Sequence record: MK774614.2
DNA: 64,000 bases
Reading direction: 5' to 3' (one strand)
Numbering within the stretch: the stretch's first letter is position 1; every line of letters begins with the position of its first letter. The notes beneath the pieces are model-generated. The model worked only from the letters and a program-made list of their open reading frames with translations. It was not told the DNA's origin and searched no databases. Of this stretch, positions 19,374 through 29,590 are shown one piece after another. Both the position numbers and the translations under genes were made by a program.

Positions 19374-20333
19374 TTAAACAACAGAACCAGATTCATCATC
19401 ACCTCGTTGAACTTGACTATGACGGTGATCTTTACCAGACTTACCAGCGGAAATACAGTCAGTATCTGAACTGATTGCTCCTGTGGCACTGAGTTTTCCA
19501 GTTTGTACGGTATCCCCAGTATGCTGAGTGTTACCGGTATGAACAAAGTTGCCTGTAAAATTAAATGTAGGAGAAGTCATGTTGGTTTCTTGTCCAACTT
19601 CTAGGTTAAAGGTTTCTCCTACCTTTACGTTTAGCACTTTTGTGTTGACAGTCATGCTTTCTGTTGCATTGACAACAATTTGATCTTCCGCATTGAGTAG
19701 AATCTTTTTCTTATCAATAGCCACCACAGATTTATCTTGGTTGCTCATGTTCCAGACGTGTTCTACACTGTTAAGTGCAAACAAGTTCTCCTCACTGTCT
19801 GTTAATGAGAAGATCCCTTCTTTGGTATCCAATGTAATTACATACGCCGCTTTCTCGCCATTCCCTTGTCCTGTTAAAAATTGGACTTTCCCTGTATGGG
19901 TAGAGAGCAGTAAGATATAAAAGTTCTCTGGTGTTAAGGGAGAATCTTTAGTGGTGTTAGGTGACGATGAGAATGCATGGACAATCGTTTCTAACCGAAA
20001 TGTTCCATCTAACCCATAGGACATCCAGCGAAACTCACTGGTGCCTTTAAACTTATAGACAACAACTTGGCTTCCTTTTCTTACATCAGGTGCAGTGACA
20101 CGGTTAGTGTTAAACGCAAGCCATTTACAAGGAATACCGTTACTACTTAATCCGCCACTGGACGTTGCATCTCCTGTGGGGGTCTTTATATCAGTTTGTG
20201 TTTCTTCTACTACCCCAACAGCTTCACCGTCAGCCCCTGAAAAGATTGCAGGGCAATGAACAAGAACTTCATCGGTATCGGTCTCTTTATCCTGGAGTAC
20301 CGTACCGATGCCATAACACTCAAGAACATTCAT
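19374..20333 (-). CDS. Baseplate central spike (gpV/gp5-like)
   Basis: OB-fold-like N-terminus (GIGTV...PDVRKGSQVVV), beta-strand repeats, C-terminal HxH metal-binding tip motif (GKSGKDHRH) as in P2 gpV-type spikes. Confidence 0.8.
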   Translation of the reverse strand: MNVLECYGIGTVLQDKETDTDEVLVHCPAIFSGADGEAVGVVEETQTDIKTPTGDATSSGGLSSNGIPCKWLAFNTNRVTAPDVRKGSQVVVYKFKGTSEFRWMSYGLDGTFRLETIVHAFSSSPNTTKDSPLTPENFYILLLSTHTGKVQFLTGQGNGEKAAYVITLDTKEGIFSLTDSEENLFALNSVEHVWNMSNQDKSVVAIDKKKILLNAEDQIVVNATESMTVNTKVLNVKVGETFNLEVGQETNMTSPTFNFTGNFVHTGNTQHTGDTVQTGKLSATGAISSDTDCISAGKSGKDHRHSQVQRGDDESGSVV

Positions 20334-20360
20334 TTGTTTGATTCCATCTAGAGGTCTAAC

Positions 20361-22841
20361 ATGATCGTAGGCTTAACGTTAAAAAATTACAATCCATTAT
20401 TAAAGAAAGGGGTGAGTATTGTTGAGCTAGACACACGTGAACTGTTCAACATTATTCTAGGTCGAAATGGATTTGGCAAGACATCCTTACTTCGAGAGAT
20501 CTCTCCCTTTCCGCCGGACAATGCGGACTATGCACAAGGCGGATATAAGGAATGGAGATATAAAGACGATAGAGGAACATTTGTTTTAAAATCCTCTACC
20601 GGAAAGAGTTCAAACCATGAGTTTATCTTTAATGGGAAAAACCTTAACGAAGGTAACACATTATTGGTGCAACGAGAGTTGGTTAAAATCCACTTTGGAT
20701 TAACACCCAATATTAAAAATGTCTTAACAGGGCTAGATGTAAGAGACCTGTTCACCACCATGAGCGCAGCGCGTCGTAAAGACTTTTTGATGTCTGTTAA
20801 TCCAAATGACACCAGTTATGCATTGAAGATCTTTGATAAGCTCAAAAACAACTACAACGCCATTAAAGGTGGGTTAAAGACACAACGTCAACGTTTGGTG
20901 GTTGAAGAAGGTCGGATGACTCAACTGGCTTCAATGAACGTGGATGAGCTTCAAAAAGAGATTAACCTCATGGATGAGCAATTAAAGAACGCGTTGCTTA
21001 TTCACGGAAGTTTGGCCAATGTTGATCGAGAAGATATTCTCCCATTAAAAGAAAAAATCAATGACATCATCAGTCGGTTGCTTGCCAGTAACCCAGAAAT
21101 CAAGTTCACAAAAGGTCAGTATATACAGCAACGTGAACAAAAGTTGGTTTGGTTAGATCGTTGTACCAAGATGAATGCCAAACTAAGCACTATCTTGGGT
21201 GAGATCACCACACAGCTCCAAGGTGTGGATAACGGGACTGATAACTTAGAAGGGTACGAGCTCAGATTAAAACAAGTATTAGACTTACTGGATCTTTATA
21301 CACAGGAATTGGAAGAGACCAGTTTGTTCTTTGATAATCACAGGGAGTTCAAGGCGTTTAATAATGTTAACCTCATGACAAAACACGGACATGAACTAAT
21401 AGACCAAATTCAAATGGTCTCCAGAGCCCGTGATCCTGATGTTAGTTCCACCTCCTTTGTTAAAGCCCAAGAACAATTAACTCACCTTCGCAATGAACAC
21501 AATACCATTGAAAATGACATCAAAGCGATTAATCATCAACTAGCGCACTTTAACAATGCAGAAGCGATTGCTTGTCCAGCATGTGATAATGAGTTTAAGT
21601 TGGGATTTGAGCGTTTTGATAAAGCGGGATTGGAAGAACGGCGTGAGGTGTGCGTAAAACGTTCTGTAACGCTCTGTGAGAACATTAAGACACTCGAGAG
21701 TTACATTGAGGTGAATGAGGATTGGTATCACTCTATGAGCGGTTTAATGCGCTTTATAAAGAGACAGCATGAATCATTGGAATTACTTGATTTGGTGCAA
21801 GTGTATCAAATCGGTAAAAAAGACACGGGAATGTTGGTTGAGTGTATTAGACGAAGTCTGCGTTGGTTTGAGTTGGAAAAACAAACCCATCAACTAAGCG
21901 ATGAGTCACAGCAACTTCAAGCCCAAATCAAATTCTTGCGAAGTTCTGATATCGCAGGTCTCTTTCAACGTGCAGAAGACACTGAACGGGAATTAGCGAT
22001 TACTCAACGTCAGATACAACATGCGCGCGATGAAATTGCGAAAATCGATGAACATATTAATTTGATCATTGAACATGAAGCTCTGCGTGATCAGCTAGAT
22101 ATGTTAATTGAAGAGATCAAGGAGAAAGTTGAAAACAACGGGAAGTTTTTAATTAAAACTCGAGTAGAAGAAGTGATCAATGAAATCTCTCCCAGAAAAG
22201 ATCAGTTGATCTCGGGATTGATCCGAGCACAATCGTTGCATTCGGTGATAGATTCTATTAAGGAGAACATCATTGATTTAGAACGGCGTGAGAAACACAC
22301 CCTGTTGTTGATGGAAGGGTTGTCTCCGGTTAAAGGGTTGATTGGTTATCTGATGAACGATTTCCTAAAAGCAGTCGTCGGAAACGTTAATGCAATCATC
22401 CATCCCATTTGGAGTAATCGTCTTCATGTTCTCAATTGTGAAACCTCTAAAACTGATGATGATTCTGTTGATTTGAATTATCAGTTTCCTGTGATTTCAG
22501 GAGACAGCGATAAAACAAACAAAGACATTGGGGATTGTTCTGGGGGAGAGCGGGAGATCATTAACTTTGCATTTCGGGTTGTGTTGTTACGTTATTTAGG
22601 AAAACACTGCGGACTTCCCTTGATCATGGATGAAGTAGGGGTGGCGTTTGACGAACTCCATCGTGGGCGTTTTTCCAGTTGGTTAAGTGAACAACTGCGT
22701 ATGGATAAGTTAGGACAAATCTTCATGGTCTCTCACTACATCGCACAGTTTGGAGCGTATCACGATGCCAATGTGATTGCACTTAACACGGAAGGATTGT
22801 CAGTGGGTTTGACCACAAACACCCGTTCTGTGTTTAGATAA
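20361..22841 (+). CDS. sbcC: SbcC/Rad50-like SMC ATPase
   Basis: Walker A GRNGFGKT, coiled coils, zinc hook CPAC, signature CSGGE, Walker B LIMDE, D-loop VAFD. Confidence 0.92.
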   Translation: MIVGLTLKNYNPLLKKGVSIVELDTRELFNIILGRNGFGKTSLLREISPFPPDNADYAQGGYKEWRYKDDRGTFVLKSSTGKSSNHEFIFNGKNLNEGNTLLVQRELVKIHFGLTPNIKNVLTGLDVRDLFTTMSAARRKDFLMSVNPNDTSYALKIFDKLKNNYNAIKGGLKTQRQRLVVEEGRMTQLASMNVDELQKEINLMDEQLKNALLIHGSLANVDREDILPLKEKINDIISRLLASNPEIKFTKGQYIQQREQKLVWLDRCTKMNAKLSTILGEITTQLQGVDNGTDNLEGYELRLKQVLDLLDLYTQELEETSLFFDNHREFKAFNNVNLMTKHGHELIDQIQMVSRARDPDVSSTSFVKAQEQLTHLRNEHNTIENDIKAINHQLAHFNNAEAIACPACDNEFKLGFERFDKAGLEERREVCVKRSVTLCENIKTLESYIEVNEDWYHSMSGLMRFIKRQHESLELLDLVQVYQIGKKDTGMLVECIRRSLRWFELEKQTHQLSDESQQLQAQIKFLRSSDIAGLFQRAEDTERELAITQRQIQHARDEIAKIDEHINLIIEHEALRDQLDMLIEEIKEKVENNGKFLIKTRVEEVINEISPRKDQLISGLIRAQSLHSVIDSIKENIIDLERREKHTLLLMEGLSPVKGLIGYLMNDFLKAVVGNVNAIIHPIWSNRLHVLNCETSKTDDDSVDLNYQFPVISGDSDKTNKDIGDCSGGEREIINFAFRVVLLRYLGKHCGLPLIMDEVGVAFDELHRGRFSSWLSEQLRMDKLGQIFMVSHYIAQFGAYHDANVIALNTEGLSVGLTTNTRSVFR

Positions 22842-22847
22842 GGCCAG

Positions 22848-22880
22848 AACCTCCTAGGATCATTTCTGGGAGGTTTCTTT
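22848..22880 (+). terminator. Intrinsic terminator
   Basis: aacctcctagga/ttctgggaggtt stem with G-U pairs, followed by T-rich sequence, after the sbcC stop. Confidence 0.65.
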
Positions 22881-22978
22881 ATTTAATTAGTACAAACCCT
22901 GATGTTATGTAAGGAAACTGCCGTACTCGCTCCTAGAGCGGTACAGCGGTATAGGTATCAATGGTTATTTTTAGGAAC

Positions 22979-23016
22979 TCTATAATAAAATAAACCGATA
23001 TTATCAATGTGTGAGA
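22979..23016 (+). promoter_or_regulatory. Phage promoter-like motif, copy 1
   Basis: 29/38 ungapped match to the identical 38-mers at 30122 and 63614. Core GATATTAT. Confidence 0.65.
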
Positions 23017-23065
23017 GTAGCAGAGTTGATTCTCACCAACACCCTAAACTCTAAGGATTAATCCC

Positions 23066-23821
23066 ATGAAAAAGACGTTTCTGATGCTCATCTGTTTGAT
23101 GATGAGTACATTCACCTACGCCACTAGTGGTATGAACTATAACGACCATGTAAAAGGTATCATGCTGGAGCGCTTTGACAGTGTCGCTGATCACCTTTAC
23201 GAAGCGTCCGCCAAGACCGGAATGAGCATGGCCGAACTCACCGCCATTGCATCTTTGGAGTCAAAACTTCGGATCAAGGCGAAGAATCCGCACAGTACTG
23301 CATCGGGTATCTTACAATACACAAAACGTACCTGGAAAAACAAACGCCGTGAGTATGGTCCAGAACTCGGCATTTCTCCCAATGCGCAACCTATGAACCC
23401 TCGCGCTAATTTGCTCATTGGAAGCAAAGACCTGACTGACTCGAAAACCCGGTTAATTGAGAAAACCCACCTCACCCAAGAAACGGTTCGTCTGGGTGAT
23501 GTTTATATATCCCATTTCTTGGGGGAGTATGGTGCCACCAAACTGATTAACTCGCACTCTAATAAACCCATTAATCGGATCATCGCTATCCATAAAGGGA
23601 ATTACCGGTATTACTATAAACCCAATGGTCAAATCAGAACAGCCAGAGAGTTTCGTAACTACATGGACACCATCGCGAAAAAGGAGCTTGCTGTTTATGA
23701 GAAAGCGATCATGGAATATCAAGTAAAACGCCTCTTTCAACCGTTTAATGACGTCATAGATAATCTTCGTACCCAACCACAATTTGCAATGATCACCACC
23801 ATTCAACGATCGTTGACTTAA
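23066..23821 (+). CDS. Lytic transglycosylase (SLT/goose-lysozyme fold, phiKZ gp144-like catalytic domain) with N-terminal signal peptide
   Basis: AIASLES (catalytic Glu), STASGILQY, YISHFLG. N-terminus MKKTFLMLICLMMSTFTYA. Confidence 0.82.
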   Translation: MKKTFLMLICLMMSTFTYATSGMNYNDHVKGIMLERFDSVADHLYEASAKTGMSMAELTAIASLESKLRIKAKNPHSTASGILQYTKRTWKNKRREYGPELGISPNAQPMNPRANLLIGSKDLTDSKTRLIEKTHLTQETVRLGDVYISHFLGEYGATKLINSHSNKPINRIIAIHKGNYRYYYKPNGQIRTAREFRNYMDTIAKKELAVYEKAIMEYQVKRLFQPFNDVIDNLRTQPQFAMITTIQRSLT

Positions 23822-23885
23822 TGTAACACGAAGAAGGTGATGTTGTGAAACAGTAACAAATTCAATATTTTCATAGGAACTCATC

Positions 23886-24149
23886 ATGTCTTCACAACTT
23901 CCCTGTGTCTTTGACCAAAACCGGATTCTTCATCCTGTCACCTCCGGTATGCTAGGATCACCTATTACCGTTGACATTACGATCACGGAAGATCCCATGA
24001 CGGGACGCACTGGTACTGTTAGCTGGGCGGGATCTGTACAAGGGTTTTTACACCTTGCGGTAGACAGCAATGCAGTCATCGGGTTTACCCCTGTTAATGA
24101 AGATCCTGTTGTGCTTGCGTCATTGGTTAACATCGTAAATGGTCTTTAA
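23886..24149 (+). CDS. Hypothetical protein
   Basis: 87 aa, AGGA RBS, followed by a terminator. Confidence 0.6.
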   Translation: MSSQLPCVFDQNRILHPVTSGMLGSPITVDITITEDPMTGRTGTVSWAGSVQGFLHLAVDSNAVIGFTPVNEDPVVLASLVNIVNGL

Positions 24150-24172
24150 AGAAATGAATAGGTTCATTCCTA

Positions 24173-24210
24173 AACTCGTTACGGCTTCGGTCGTAACGAG
24201 TTGTTTCTTT
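24173..24210 (+). terminator. Intrinsic terminator
   Basis: 13-bp stem (one G-U pair) with cUUCGg loop and T-rich tail. Confidence 0.75.
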
Positions 24211-24245
24211 GCCGTTCACAATAATTTACTACTCGGAGTATTGTA

Positions 24246-24449
24246 ATGCAACGTACCCAAAAGTATCACGAAGTCGCCGAATTGTTTTTGCACCATTATA
24301 AAGTCACCGTGGTTACGGTAATTAGGGAAATTGATGAACGTCATTCAATTCCGCTCCAGATGTCACTGTCCGGGCACAAACTCCCCGATGAAAAAATCAA
24401 TCGGGCGGTAGAGTCGCTCTATAACTGCAAAATCCCAAATATTCATTAA
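24246..24449 (+). CDS. Hypothetical protein
   Basis: 67 aa, GGAG RBS, directly upstream of the ligase. Confidence 0.55.
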   Translation: MQRTQKYHEVAELFLHHYKVTVVTVIREIDERHSIPLQMSLSGHKLPDEKINRAVESLYNCKIPNIH

Positions 24450-24461
24450 AAGGAATATCCC

Positions 24462-26402
24462 ATGTCCCAAGCATACTTGGAGTTTGTTGATCTGGAAAAA
24501 CAGATCAAGTACCATGACTATCTTTACAGTGTTGCTGACAAACCGATCATCAGCGACAGTGAATACGACATCCTGGTGCAGCGTTATCACACACTTCTTT
24601 CGGAACACCCGGAATACAAACCTTCTCATACCCCAGGGTTTGTGGATGTCCCCGAAGGGTTTAAAGTGGTCAAATTGGTTGAACCCATGATTTCTATCTT
24701 GAAAAAGAAATCTGTGGATGATTTTCAGCAGTGGATTAAAAAGAATACCGAAGGGGGAGAAGTTTACGAAGAGAAGCTTGATGGATTAGGTCTCAGACTG
24801 ATCTATAAGTTTGGTGGTTTAACTATTGCTCACCTTCGTGGTTCTCAAACCCAAGAAGGGCTGGATGTTACCCACCGAGTCAAATTGGTCTCCAATATCC
24901 CTAAACAGATTGATGAATTTAAACATCTGGAATACAGCCATGTTGATGGTGAAGTGTTCTGTATGTTTAAAGATCTGGAACGCTACTGCGAGCAGTGGGA
25001 TAAAGATTACGCTGAAACTGAACCGCGTTCAACTGTCAGTGGGATGATGAAACGTCTCAAAGATAATGAACGTGATACCTTAACCATGTATTTCCGTGCC
25101 TATGGGGCGAGTACATCCGTTCGCGCTCTGTGCAATGACTATGAACATCTTCGCACCAAGCTCGAAGACTGGGGGTTTGATACACCACAACGTCTAGACG
25201 GTTCTTTGCTTCAGAGTTTGTATAAACTCAAAGAACGCCCTGACTTTGGTTATCCCATTGACGGCATTGTGGTTAAAGTCAACGATTTAAGTAAATGGAA
25301 CGATACACACATGGTAGGATATTACACCTATACCGCGTGTTATAAATTCCCTACTCGTTGTTTGGAAACCAAACTCAAAGATGTGATCTGGGGATTGAGT
25401 ACACAGGGTGAATTGGTCGGCGTGGTGACTTACGATCCCGTGGAGTACGATGGCACCATCTTGCAACGGGCTAAATTTGATTACGCCAACGAGTATATCA
25501 AAGCCGGGATTCGTATCGGTTCGATTATCCAAGTCACCAAAGCCAATGAGATCATTCCCAACATCGTGGGAGTGAAGGAAATCGGTAATGGTAAAAAGAT
25601 TGAGTTCCCAACAAAATGCCCGTGTTGCGATTCGCTTCTGGTCATTGAAACACCTGCGGTGAGACGCTGCGTGAACGATAGCTGTTCGGGGAAGTTCCTG
25701 AAACAGATGAATCGACTTGTTGGACCTCGTGGTTTGGATATTAAAGGGCTGGGTAAGAAAGGATTAGAAGCACTGGTGGATGCAGGTTATCTTTCCAGTC
25801 CTCAAGATCTTTTTAAACTCACTCGGGATGACTATCTTAACTTGGATGTATTTGATCAAAACCAAGTGGACAGCATCTTAGAGCAAATCAGTGAAACACC
25901 GAAACTGCCGTTGAACAACTGGTTGTTTGCATCCTGTATTCCCAATATGGGTGTTGTGGCGGCGCTGGAGCTAGCTCAAGAACAAGGGAAACTGTTCAGC
26001 GAATTGAGTACCTTGATGGATGTGTTGAAAAATTCAGACATCTTGGTTTCTCTTTTCGGGGTTGATGGATTGGTGATGAGCAAGTATGTGAAAGATAATG
26101 AAGCGGTGTTAATGCACTTCTTTATTCACTACAACTTTAGCAATCCTATCCAAACTGTTCCAGATGCAATTCCGGTGGCGATCAGTGGTGGTTGGTTAAT
26201 CCCAAGGGAAGAGCTCCGTAAACGTCTCGCGGAGGACGGGTACGAGTTAGTAGACTCTGTGACTAAGAGCGTAACACGGCTACTCCTTGGGAAAGACCCA
26301 TCTCCTGGTAAAATTGCTAAGGCAGAGAAATATGGGATTCGGACATTGGTGCTTAATAACAATGTTTCCTATGACAATTTGCTGACTATGTTGGCGTCGT
26401 AA
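24462..26402 (+). CDS. ligA: NAD-dependent DNA ligase
   Basis: N-terminal Ia domain (YHDYLY...ISDSEYD), motif I EEKLDG, VDGEVF, IDGIVVKV, KANEIIP, Zn finger CPCC...C...C, HhH region, C-terminal BRCT. Confidence 0.95.
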   Translation: MSQAYLEFVDLEKQIKYHDYLYSVADKPIISDSEYDILVQRYHTLLSEHPEYKPSHTPGFVDVPEGFKVVKLVEPMISILKKKSVDDFQQWIKKNTEGGEVYEEKLDGLGLRLIYKFGGLTIAHLRGSQTQEGLDVTHRVKLVSNIPKQIDEFKHLEYSHVDGEVFCMFKDLERYCEQWDKDYAETEPRSTVSGMMKRLKDNERDTLTMYFRAYGASTSVRALCNDYEHLRTKLEDWGFDTPQRLDGSLLQSLYKLKERPDFGYPIDGIVVKVNDLSKWNDTHMVGYYTYTACYKFPTRCLETKLKDVIWGLSTQGELVGVVTYDPVEYDGTILQRAKFDYANEYIKAGIRIGSIIQVTKANEIIPNIVGVKEIGNGKKIEFPTKCPCCDSLLVIETPAVRRCVNDSCSGKFLKQMNRLVGPRGLDIKGLGKKGLEALVDAGYLSSPQDLFKLTRDDYLNLDVFDQNQVDSILEQISETPKLPLNNWLFASCIPNMGVVAALELAQEQGKLFSELSTLMDVLKNSDILVSLFGVDGLVMSKYVKDNEAVLMHFFIHYNFSNPIQTVPDAIPVAISGGWLIPREELRKRLAEDGYELVDSVTKSVTRLLLGKDPSPGKIAKAEKYGIRTLVLNNNVSYDNLLTMLAS

Positions 26403-26450
26403 TACACTAAGGGGAAAGTACACTTTCCCCTCTTTATTTGAATTAGGAGA

Positions 26451-26774
26451 ATGAGAATGGCAAAACAGATTGGGTATCAAAAGCTGGTGATTGGATTTCC
26501 GGGGGTATGTCAATCCCGGGTTGAACACTACACTGACAAACTGTCCGAGATTGGTGAACAAGAGATCGTGGTTGAAAGCACAACAAATCGAAGTATCACC
26601 TGCTACGTAAAAGACAGTGTTCATCTTCCCGATTATATTAATGCCATCAATGAGTTTATTGATGGAACACTGACTTTCTTTGGTCGCTGTGATCGTGTTG
26701 CTGTCGTGCGTTTTAGCGAAGCAAGAAACGAGTTAGATCAAGTGGCAAGCCAAAAGGCAGCGAATCTGTTTTAA
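26451..26774 (+). CDS. Hypothetical protein
   Basis: 107 aa, AGGAG RBS. Confidence 0.6.
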   Translation: MRMAKQIGYQKLVIGFPGVCQSRVEHYTDKLSEIGEQEIVVESTTNRSITCYVKDSVHLPDYINAINEFIDGTLTFFGRCDRVAVVRFSEARNELDQVASQKAANLF

Positions 26775-26785
26775 GGAGAGGGGTT

Positions 26786-27160
26786 GTGAGAGATCCAAGA
26801 GATAATCCATTTGACCCTAACAATCTTGCGTTTCACATTCGTCGTAACTATTTTAGCCGAGGGGTAGTTGAGTATTCAACAAAACCCGGTGAATGGGGAT
26901 ATTGTCAATTTATTACACCGCCAGGCGCTTATCCATGGCAATGGTTAAAAGAGCTTTCTGATGACTGGTTGAGTAGAACATATGACGTTTCCCTTGATCC
27001 TCATCCTTCTATTGAGTTGAGGATGAAAGCGGCAACTAAATTTAACCTGTACATGCAAACCGAACCAGAACGGTTAAGTGATCTAGACGAAGAGACAAAG
27101 GCACTCTATGTCGAGACATTTAAAGAGTACATGGTTCCGGCGGATGTTAAACTAAATTGA
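26786..27160 (+). CDS. Hypothetical protein
   Basis: 124 aa, GTG start after AAGGAG. Confidence 0.6.
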   Translation: MRDPRDNPFDPNNLAFHIRRNYFSRGVVEYSTKPGEWGYCQFITPPGAYPWQWLKELSDDWLSRTYDVSLDPHPSIELRMKAATKFNLYMQTEPERLSDLDEETKALYVETFKEYMVPADVKLN

Positions 27161-27169
27161 TACAGGAGC

Positions 27170-27904
27170 ATGTCAATGGGACAAGCAAAACTTAAGCATG
27201 AACAAGGCGAGTTATTTAACATCCCAATGGGGTCCACACTCTTGGAGTTAGCGGTGTTTGTTAACTCTCAAAATACCCTCTCTGGGATACAAAAAGATGT
27301 GGTCAACTTTCTAAACAAGATGCACGTTGTGAAAGGATGTGCACCAGAAGTTTGTCACATCACATCAAACGAAGTGGTGTTGTCCTGCTGGTATGATCCG
27401 GAAAAAGAGATATACGTATTCCAAGATCAAACCCAGACCATCCAGTGGCGCATTGCGCATAATGAACTTGAAGAGAGAAGTTCGTTATATAGTAATGGGA
27501 GTCAACTGTACTCACTGGTCTTTGCATCGCTACTTGCAAGTCATTATCCTAAATTGACATTTAGTCAATTGTTGTTTAAAGATGTCAAGGGATTTAAACC
27601 AAATAAAGAGCTAGATGAACTGTGCTTTGATGTATTGATGGCATCACTGCGTGGTCATCGTTGCAGCGAACTCCAAGTGACAGACAGTTTTGGCTGGCCA
27701 ACTGGTAAAGGACGCCGTCATATCCCTTATGTGGTGACGGATATTTCAGACTCTGGGTTCAGGGTTGGAATTAATGACCCTCAAGTGGGGTTTAATTTGT
27801 ACTGTGATTTTGGAGACCATTATCCCTGTCTAGCTAATTTAGAAAAACAGTTTGATCATCTTTGTGCTGTAAACTGTCACTCTAAGGAGCATGATACGGT
27901 ATGA
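27170..27904 (+). CDS. Hypothetical protein
   Basis: 244 aa, AGGAG RBS. Confidence 0.65.
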   Translation: MSMGQAKLKHEQGELFNIPMGSTLLELAVFVNSQNTLSGIQKDVVNFLNKMHVVKGCAPEVCHITSNEVVLSCWYDPEKEIYVFQDQTQTIQWRIAHNELEERSSLYSNGSQLYSLVFASLLASHYPKLTFSQLLFKDVKGFKPNKELDELCFDVLMASLRGHRCSELQVTDSFGWPTGKGRRHIPYVVTDISDSGFRVGINDPQVGFNLYCDFGDHYPCLANLEKQFDHLCAVNCHSKEHDTV

Positions 27905-27928
27905 ATTCAAAATCATTAAGGAGGAGTT

Positions 27929-28474
27929 ATGTCCCTATGGGTGGCAAGTACCGATGGGTCAGCTCTTGAAAACAGCAACCCAGAAGGTGGACCAGGTGGT
28001 CTGGGTGTCCAATTGATCTATGATAATGATACGGTGACTGAATGGGGCATTGGGTATTTTAAAACCACCAATAACCGCATGGAGATCATGGCGATCATTT
28101 CTGTCTTAGAGCAATTCCAAGAACCCACTGAAATCACTATCAGAACCGACTCAGAATACACTATAAATGGCGCAACCAAATGGGTGTATGGTTGGATTAA
28201 AAATAACTGGGAAACGGCTGGAGGACTTCCTGTTAAGAATAAGGATCTCTTCCAACGTTTGCACAAGTTAATGAAATTCCATAAAGTGACACTGGTGAAG
28301 GTAAAGGGACACTCCGGTGATCCTGGGAATGAAGCTGCCGATCGTTTGGCAGGAGAAGCGGCTAAAAACCCAACACTGGTTGATGAAGGATTTATTCCAA
28401 GTAGTCAACAGCCAAAACCGGATCCCGGTAAGCAGAAATGGAATTGGAAGAACCGTTTCCAAAAACGTAAATAA
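27929..28474 (+). CDS. rnhA: Ribonuclease HI
   Basis: STDGSA, TTNNRMEIMA, IRTDSEY, KVKGHSGDPGNEAADRLA. Confidence 0.95.
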   Translation: MSLWVASTDGSALENSNPEGGPGGLGVQLIYDNDTVTEWGIGYFKTTNNRMEIMAIISVLEQFQEPTEITIRTDSEYTINGATKWVYGWIKNNWETAGGLPVKNKDLFQRLHKLMKFHKVTLVKVKGHSGDPGNEAADRLAGEAAKNPTLVDEGFIPSSQQPKPDPGKQKWNWKNRFQKRK

Positions 28475-28568
28475 GAGTACTGCTTAACTGAACCGGATGG
28501 TTCAGTTAAGCTATTTCTTATTTATTTTTAGATTGTTTGAACCACCACTAACAAATAAGGACAGTGTG

Positions 28569-29582
28569 ATGAAACTGGATAATTTTTCTATTGCACAATT
28601 AAAAGAGTTTGGATTAAAGGCACAGACAGATATTGTTGTCATTAAGGAAACGATTCTTGATAATAAAGATCAATACGCTGGGTGCGAGTCTCATAGTGAC
28701 GAAGGTCAACGTTTAGTTCGAGTTGCCGAATACATCAAAGAAACGTATAACGAGGAAGTCTCGCCGGATATTGCTGGGATGGAAGGGTTTATTGAAAAAC
28801 TCCAAGCTGGTTGGGGTAAAATCAAAGAACTGCTCAAATCCAAAACCAAGAACCCAAAAGTAAGTGGGCATATTGGTAAAACCAAAAAGGAAATACTCCT
28901 TTATGCAACTGATGGTTGGTTGAACCAAATGACCTTTAAAAATGTCGGGTCTGCCAAGTTTAAGATCCCTGCTATTTTTAAAGAAGTCAATACTCCAGAT
29001 GGTGTGGAGAAAATCATCGCTGGATTTCTTAAGCAAGTTAAAACAGAATTTCAGCAACATCAGCAAAACTCTACTCAGCGGTTATCAGCTGGATTAAAAA
29101 TCTTTAATCAATTTGATAAAATAAAGATACCAGATACCTTGTCAAAGGAAGACTTTGATAAACATCAAAGCGAACTTGCCAAATACTTTCCGATTAAACC
29201 AGAGAAGAAACCCGATATTGAGCAAGCTGACATTATCAAGCTACTTGATCTGAATACTGTTGATGGTGCTATCCCTGTTCTGAACAAAGATGGTGTAAAG
29301 GCTGCGGTTAAAGTAATGACCTCTCTTTGTGACATGGTCTCTGATCTGGAAATGAAAATCTTTGATGTGATGGAAAAGGGTATCGATTACGACGATCGTG
29401 ACGGTTCCGATTTCTGGTACAGAATGCATGAACGTGGTTCTGAATACGAGAAAGAACTGTTTAAAGCGATTAACTGGGAGGCAACTACCGATTCATTGAC
29501 TGAGATCGAAATGGCTTTTGAGAAACAAGTCATTAAGATTCTTAAATTTATGGAGTGGTGGATTCTGTTTTCTATCAAATAA
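28569..29582 (+). CDS. phiKZ-type internal head protein with propeptide
   Basis: AGCE and AGME sites fit the (S/A/G)-X-E specificity of the phiKZ gp175 prohead protease, followed by GFIEKLQAGWGKIKELL, typical of mature N-termini in this class. Start 28569 (AAGGAC RBS) rather than 28497. Confidence 0.7.
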   Translation: MKLDNFSIAQLKEFGLKAQTDIVVIKETILDNKDQYAGCESHSDEGQRLVRVAEYIKETYNEEVSPDIAGMEGFIEKLQAGWGKIKELLKSKTKNPKVSGHIGKTKKEILLYATDGWLNQMTFKNVGSAKFKIPAIFKEVNTPDGVEKIIAGFLKQVKTEFQQHQQNSTQRLSAGLKIFNQFDKIKIPDTLSKEDFDKHQSELAKYFPIKPEKKPDIEQADIIKLLDLNTVDGAIPVLNKDGVKAAVKVMTSLCDMVSDLEMKIFDVMEKGIDYDDRDGSDFWYRMHERGSEYEKELFKAINWEATTDSLTEIEMAFEKQVIKILKFMEWWILFSIK

Positions 29583-29590
29583 ACTTATTT

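Noticed and set aside
20361-26402. Inteins or introns in sbcC or ligA
   Set aside because: Lengths and motif spacing are normal, and no LAGLIDADG, HNH or intein terminal motifs were seen.
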